From the NCBI GenBank assembly GCA_964016885.1, contig OZ024742.1:126542001-126606000 (forward strand): a stretch of 64,000 nt of DNA, read 5' to 3'. The position numbers were made by a program, and so were the translations under genes. This document shows positions 59,236-64,000 of this stretch, piece by piece. The DNA comes from Eledone cirrhosa (taxonomy: Eukaryota). Under the pieces are notes generated by a model, which saw only the letters and a program-made list of their open reading frames with translations, ran no database searches and was not told the origin of the DNA. The first letter of the stretch is position 1. Each line of letters starts with the position of its first letter.

Positions 59236-60160
59236 AATGGTTTTTGATTTAGGCAGAAAGCCAACAGTTTTAAGAGAGAGGAAGGTCAATTAAATCGACT
59301 CCAGTATTTTACTGGTACTTTACTTTATCGGCCCCATAGGGATGAAAGGCAAAGTTAACCTTGGCGGGATTTGAATTGTGTCCTTATAAAATAATTGTTT
59401 CTACTTTTGGCACAAGGCCAGCAATTACCCAGTACATTACTGGTACTTTATTTTATCGACCCCGTATGGATGAAAGGCAAAGTTAACCTCGGCAGGATTT
59501 GAACTCAGATCATAAAGGGACATAACTATGCTGGAAAGCATGTCCGACCCTCTACCGATACTGCCAATTCACCGCCATGTCCTTATAAAATAATGGTTTC
59601 TAATTTAGGCATAAGGCCAACAATTTTGATAGAAAGGATAAAACTGATTAAATTCAACCCTAGTATTTATGTGGTATTTCATTTTATTGAGCTCGCGGGG
59701 ATGAAATGCAAAACTAACATGGGCGAGAATTGTACTGAGAACGTAAAGGGCCGTAAATATATGCCACAAATCATGTTGTACGTCGCTCTACCGACGCTGC
59801 TTCGAGTTTAGGCAGAAGGCCAACATTTCGAGGGAAAGGGCAAAGCTAATTAAAATCAACCCTAGTATTTGAGTGATACTTCATTTTCCCGAGCTCAGAA
59901 GGATGAAAGACAAAGTTTACACCGCTGGGAGTTGAAACCAGAACGTAGAAAGCCACAACAAAATATTGCAAGCTAACGCATTAACGATTCTGCCAGTCCA
60001 ACGGCTCTACGCCCTAATAAAACTACAACAATAATGATGATTTGTAACATTGGCACAAGGACAGGAATTTGAGGAAAGGAAGTACTTCACTGGTTCTTAT
60101 ATTTAAATGGCTGTAACGAAATAGCAGGCGGTATTTTGTCCGGTGTAATGCCAAGTCTGC
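59236..60160 (-). mobile_element. Stack of about 5 SINE family A copies, one young copy with 17-bp TSD
   Basis: Young copy 59396-59577 flanked by tgtccttataaaataat (59379, 59578). Confidence 0.88.
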
Positions 60161-60476
60161 CATCCATTAATAATTAGTTTCCTCATTACCAGTAATATGA
60201 AGAACTGTTATGATTAATTACTACAATAAGTAGCAGATCTTTACAAGGATCATATTTTTTTGTTATTTTTATTAGTTACTCAGAAAGTTGATAACAATAA
60301 TGAAGATGAAGCTAGTATTAGTAATAGTTGTAGTTCAACTTATGTGAAGTTCAAATGAATAATTTATATATATAAAGAAAGTTAGGAGCTTCTATTTGGT
60401 TTGCGGGAGATTATAAAAAAAAATGAAAATGATAATAGATGTGGTGGAGAAATATATATATATATATAAAAAATAT

Positions 60477-60507
<31 letters not shown>

Positions 60508-60729
60508 AAGAGAGAGAGAGAGGGGGGAGAGTAGGAAGATAGGTGAGAAGGAGGAGAAAGAATATGAGGGAGAAATGAATGAATGAAGCAACGAATGAAG
60601 GAAGGAGATGGAGAAGAGAGATATACTGTAAAGAAAGAAAGGAGATAGAAAGAGAGATAGGATAGGAAAGAGATAGTAAATGATGGTGAGATAGTAAAAG
60701 ATGGAGAGAAAGAAAGGATAAAGGAAGAA

Positions 60730-60803
<74 letters not shown>

Positions 60804-62132
60804 TGAGATAGCGAGAGAGTTTGGGAAATGAGATGCGAAAAGGGTTGAGAAGAAAATAAAAATAAAGAAACGCAGAGAAGAATATGTAGAAAGAAGAATG
60901 AAGAACACAAAAGTCACATGAGTGAAATTATAGACAAAAGCATAACAAAAACGAAAGAAAAATTAGTAAATAGAACGGTGCCCCAGCATGGCCTCAGCCG
61001 GATGGCTGGAACAGGTAAAAGAGTAAAATGAAGACAAAAGAAGAATGTAAGAGACGACAGAAATTTAGAACGAAGGAAAGATAAGAAAGAAAAATATGGA
61101 GGAAGAAAGAAAGGAAAGAGAATGGGTGTTTCGAAATGTGTATATATTTCCTTTTTGTCTTATTCTTTTTTTTTTTATAAAAAAAATAGCAAAAATTTTT
61201 TTTACTATTTTTTTTTCTTTCTCAAAAGATACTGGAGTGGAGTTTACTGTTTTGTAAACATAACGAAGTCAGTGGTTGTAATAGTTAGCAAGTGACGGGA
61301 TGTTGTAGGTGTTGATGTAAAGAAATGGTTTAGTGGTGCTGGTGCTACTTGATATATATAAAGAGGTGGTGGTCGTACTTGACATATAGCGAGGTGGTAG
61401 TGGTGGTGGAAAGACTATGTAAAGCTAGGTTTCGCTCTAATATGTGGGGGACGAATTTAAAGTGTTATGTCTTCATCTATCTGTGGAATCAAGGCATTCG
61501 GCGTTGGCACTAAAATGGTTATGGAGTGGTTATTCAGTGCTTACTGGAAGTAGGTTTGTGTTGTTTTTGCGGTGCTCCAGCACAGACTTAGTCTGGAGGA
61601 ACTAAGATAAACTACAAAAAAAAAAAAAAGAAGATAAACGGGAGAGAGAGACTATATAGTTACTCGACATGCTAGAAAGAACAGTCAAGTTTCTCTCATA
61701 TCCACACTGTCTTAAGAAAGGGAATACATATTTGGTACTGAAGTGATCAGGGCCGATACGGAGACATTAAAAAAAGCAAATATGTGTTTGTTTTGACCAT
61801 ATCAAGAAAAGGAGTTTGTGTACTAACAATATACATCTTATTTTACTGTTTAGTCAGGAGCAGGATAGGGCTTATGACCCCTTTTAAAGAGCTACCGAGA
61901 CTAGTGGGGGGAGGGGAACGGGAAGGGAGAAGAATGTATCTTCAGATCGGGGGAGACTTCACCCGAATGCTTGCAATAATATTAAACTGGGTGATGGATT
62001 AATTCTACCTCCCAAGTAGGTCACAGCGGGATTTGAACGCAAAACGCAAATAGCTAGAACAAATAGTGCAATATGTCCTGTCTGATACTCTAACAAGTCT
62101 GCTAGGTCACTGCTATGAATTGGTATTTTAAG

Positions 62133-62380
62133 GTTAATATAACAAATCATGTGCTCATGCGCAGAGATGCTATAACAGCTTATAAAATAGGGTGAGATCC
62201 TTAAACACGGAAAAGGAGGTTGCCATCGGCTGCTATAAGAAAGTATCTAGGAGATATGGGGTTCAATTCCTCACGGCGGCCGATGGCAACTTCTTTTCCT
62301 GTCTTTTAAGGGTCTTCACCCTATTTTAGAAACTATTTTATAGCATCTCTGCGCATGAGCATACCATTTTTTATATTAAC
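62133..62380. mobile_element. Fold-back element with B-box-like spacer
   Basis: ~100-bp imperfect arms (gctcatgcgcagagatgctataa...gttgccatcggctgc / gcggccgatggcaac...ttatagcatctctgcgcatgagc). The spacer holds ggttcaattcc. Confidence 0.85.
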
Positions 62381-63234
62381 TTTGTATTCTCTGTGCTTAG
62401 GGTCAGAAAGATCGACTACATATCTTAACTGGTATTTTATTTTATGTTCTAAAATAATGAAAGGTAAGGTGGACCTCGTCGGGATCTGGACTCGGAGCAC
62501 AAAGAGCCGGAGCAAATACCACAAGGCATTTCCCCCTACGATCTGACTGTGAGAAGGGATAGTTTTAAGAATAATTTATGTATAGTCTCGTAACTCGCGA
62601 TGGAGTCGTAGGGGAGCTATTGTGACACTTTAAACGTGTCTCGGGCATTTTAAAACTGGCAGAGCCAATCCACTCTCCAGGTCTGAACACAACCGGCTCC
62701 CCCCAGAGAAGGAGATATTGAACGAGAGAGAGAAACGAGAAAGGGATATAGAGGAAGTATCGACTCCAGTATAGGACTGGTAATTTTTTCTCGACCAACC
62801 AATATTGAAAGGCAAAGTTAAACTCGGCGGGATTTGAGCTCAAAGATCTGGAACGAATAATTCAAACCGTTCTATCCGATGTTCTATCGACTCTACCAAT
62901 TCACATGCTGTTTTGGAGACTAATATGGAATGGCAAAAGAAAAGTCTTGAATCTGAGGAAATCCCAAGACATTTTGTAGATGTTAATAATTTTGGTTGCT
63001 GTGACGAGTGAAGAAAATCTGACGTATAGGATGCAGGTCTTATGAATGAATTGCCGTCGGTTTCCACTATCCGTGTTCCAGTTGTTTAATCAATGGAACA
63101 GCCTGCTCGTAAAATTAACGTGGAAACAGCTGAGCATTTCAAAGCCACGTGTAACCTTAATGTAATTCGTAGGCATCGTCGATCCGATGGGCTTCCAAAC
63201 AAATATGACCATTTCTCTGATAAAATGACAAGGA

Positions 63235-63570
63235 TATCTCACCGAGGTTAGCTCTGCCAATTACCTTAACGGGATCGATAAAATAAAGTGCCAATAAAGC
63301 ACTGGGTTGGTTTAATCGACTTTCCCCTCCCTTTCAAATTGCTGGCCTTGTGCCTAAATCAGAAACCATTATTATTATTATTAAAGGCAGTTGATTGGCA
63401 GTATTGGCAGAGTGTCGGACAACAGGCTTTGCAGCATATAGTTATGGCCCCTTACGTTCTGAATTAAAATCCGCTGAGGTTAACTTTGCCTTTCATCTTT
63501 ACGGAGTCGATAACAAAGTACTAGTAACGCACTAGGGTTGATTTAATCGATTTTCCCCCTGCCCTTAAAA
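63235..63570 (+). mobile_element. Two tandem SINE family A copies
   Basis: Core and tail motifs occur twice, with an (att)n tail between. Confidence 0.85.
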
Positions 63571-63916
63571 TTATACATACATACAAGTCCTGGAGAGGAG
63601 ACAGGCACCACTAAGCATTTCTAAGGTAGACTGAAATACTATGTTAAACACAGTCAAACTGGCCGCAACAGTTACGGGGACTTGATTGACTGCAGTCCTC
63701 TTCAAGCGAACCTATAAGTTATAGACTTCTATTTACGAGTTTCCCAAATGTATTCATAGGATTACATTGTCCAATGTAAGTAAAGGACAATGATGTGTGA
63801 TTTAAGGAATATTTGATGGTGGCTATGGTGGTGGTGGGATTCTGAGAGAGAGAGGGGGCGGGAGTGATATAGAGGAAAGAAAAAGGGAAGAGGGAAAGAT
63901 GAAAGAAAGGGATAAA

Positions 63917-63960
<44 letters not shown>

Positions 63961-64000
63961 ACATAGTGGAACTAATTGTTGGATATATAATAGTTATAAA

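Overview
This is AT-rich, repeat-saturated animal genomic DNA, probably intergenic or intronic. The SINE and microsatellite landscape suggests an octopod cephalopod, but that is an inference. No intact protein-coding gene is supported, and nearly all listed ORFs are translations of microsatellites or minisatellites. The window holds giant (TA)n, (CA)n and trinucleotide tracts, a 45-bp and a 46-bp minisatellite, and a compound satellite. It also holds many tRNA-derived SINEs (at least two families, several with TSDs), two non-autonomous Helitrons, and decayed RTE, L1/Tx1 and CRE-like retrotransposon fragments. The main signal is that many short 'unique' islands inside or beside (TA)n tracts carry type I hammerhead ribozyme motifs with short, often palindromic stem III. 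Four have an intact core (32768-32836, 32933-33001, 44435-44480, 53498-53557), two have variant cores (U3:A8 at 30167, U4C at 30504), and about ten are decayed or half copies. Their 3' tails run into the microsatellite, and they are often arranged as head-to-head fold-backs. This looks like a diverse population of microsatellite-targeted, ribozyme-bearing Penelope-like (pseudo-LTR/retrozyme-type) short elements. All folds were done by eye and none is experimentally shown.
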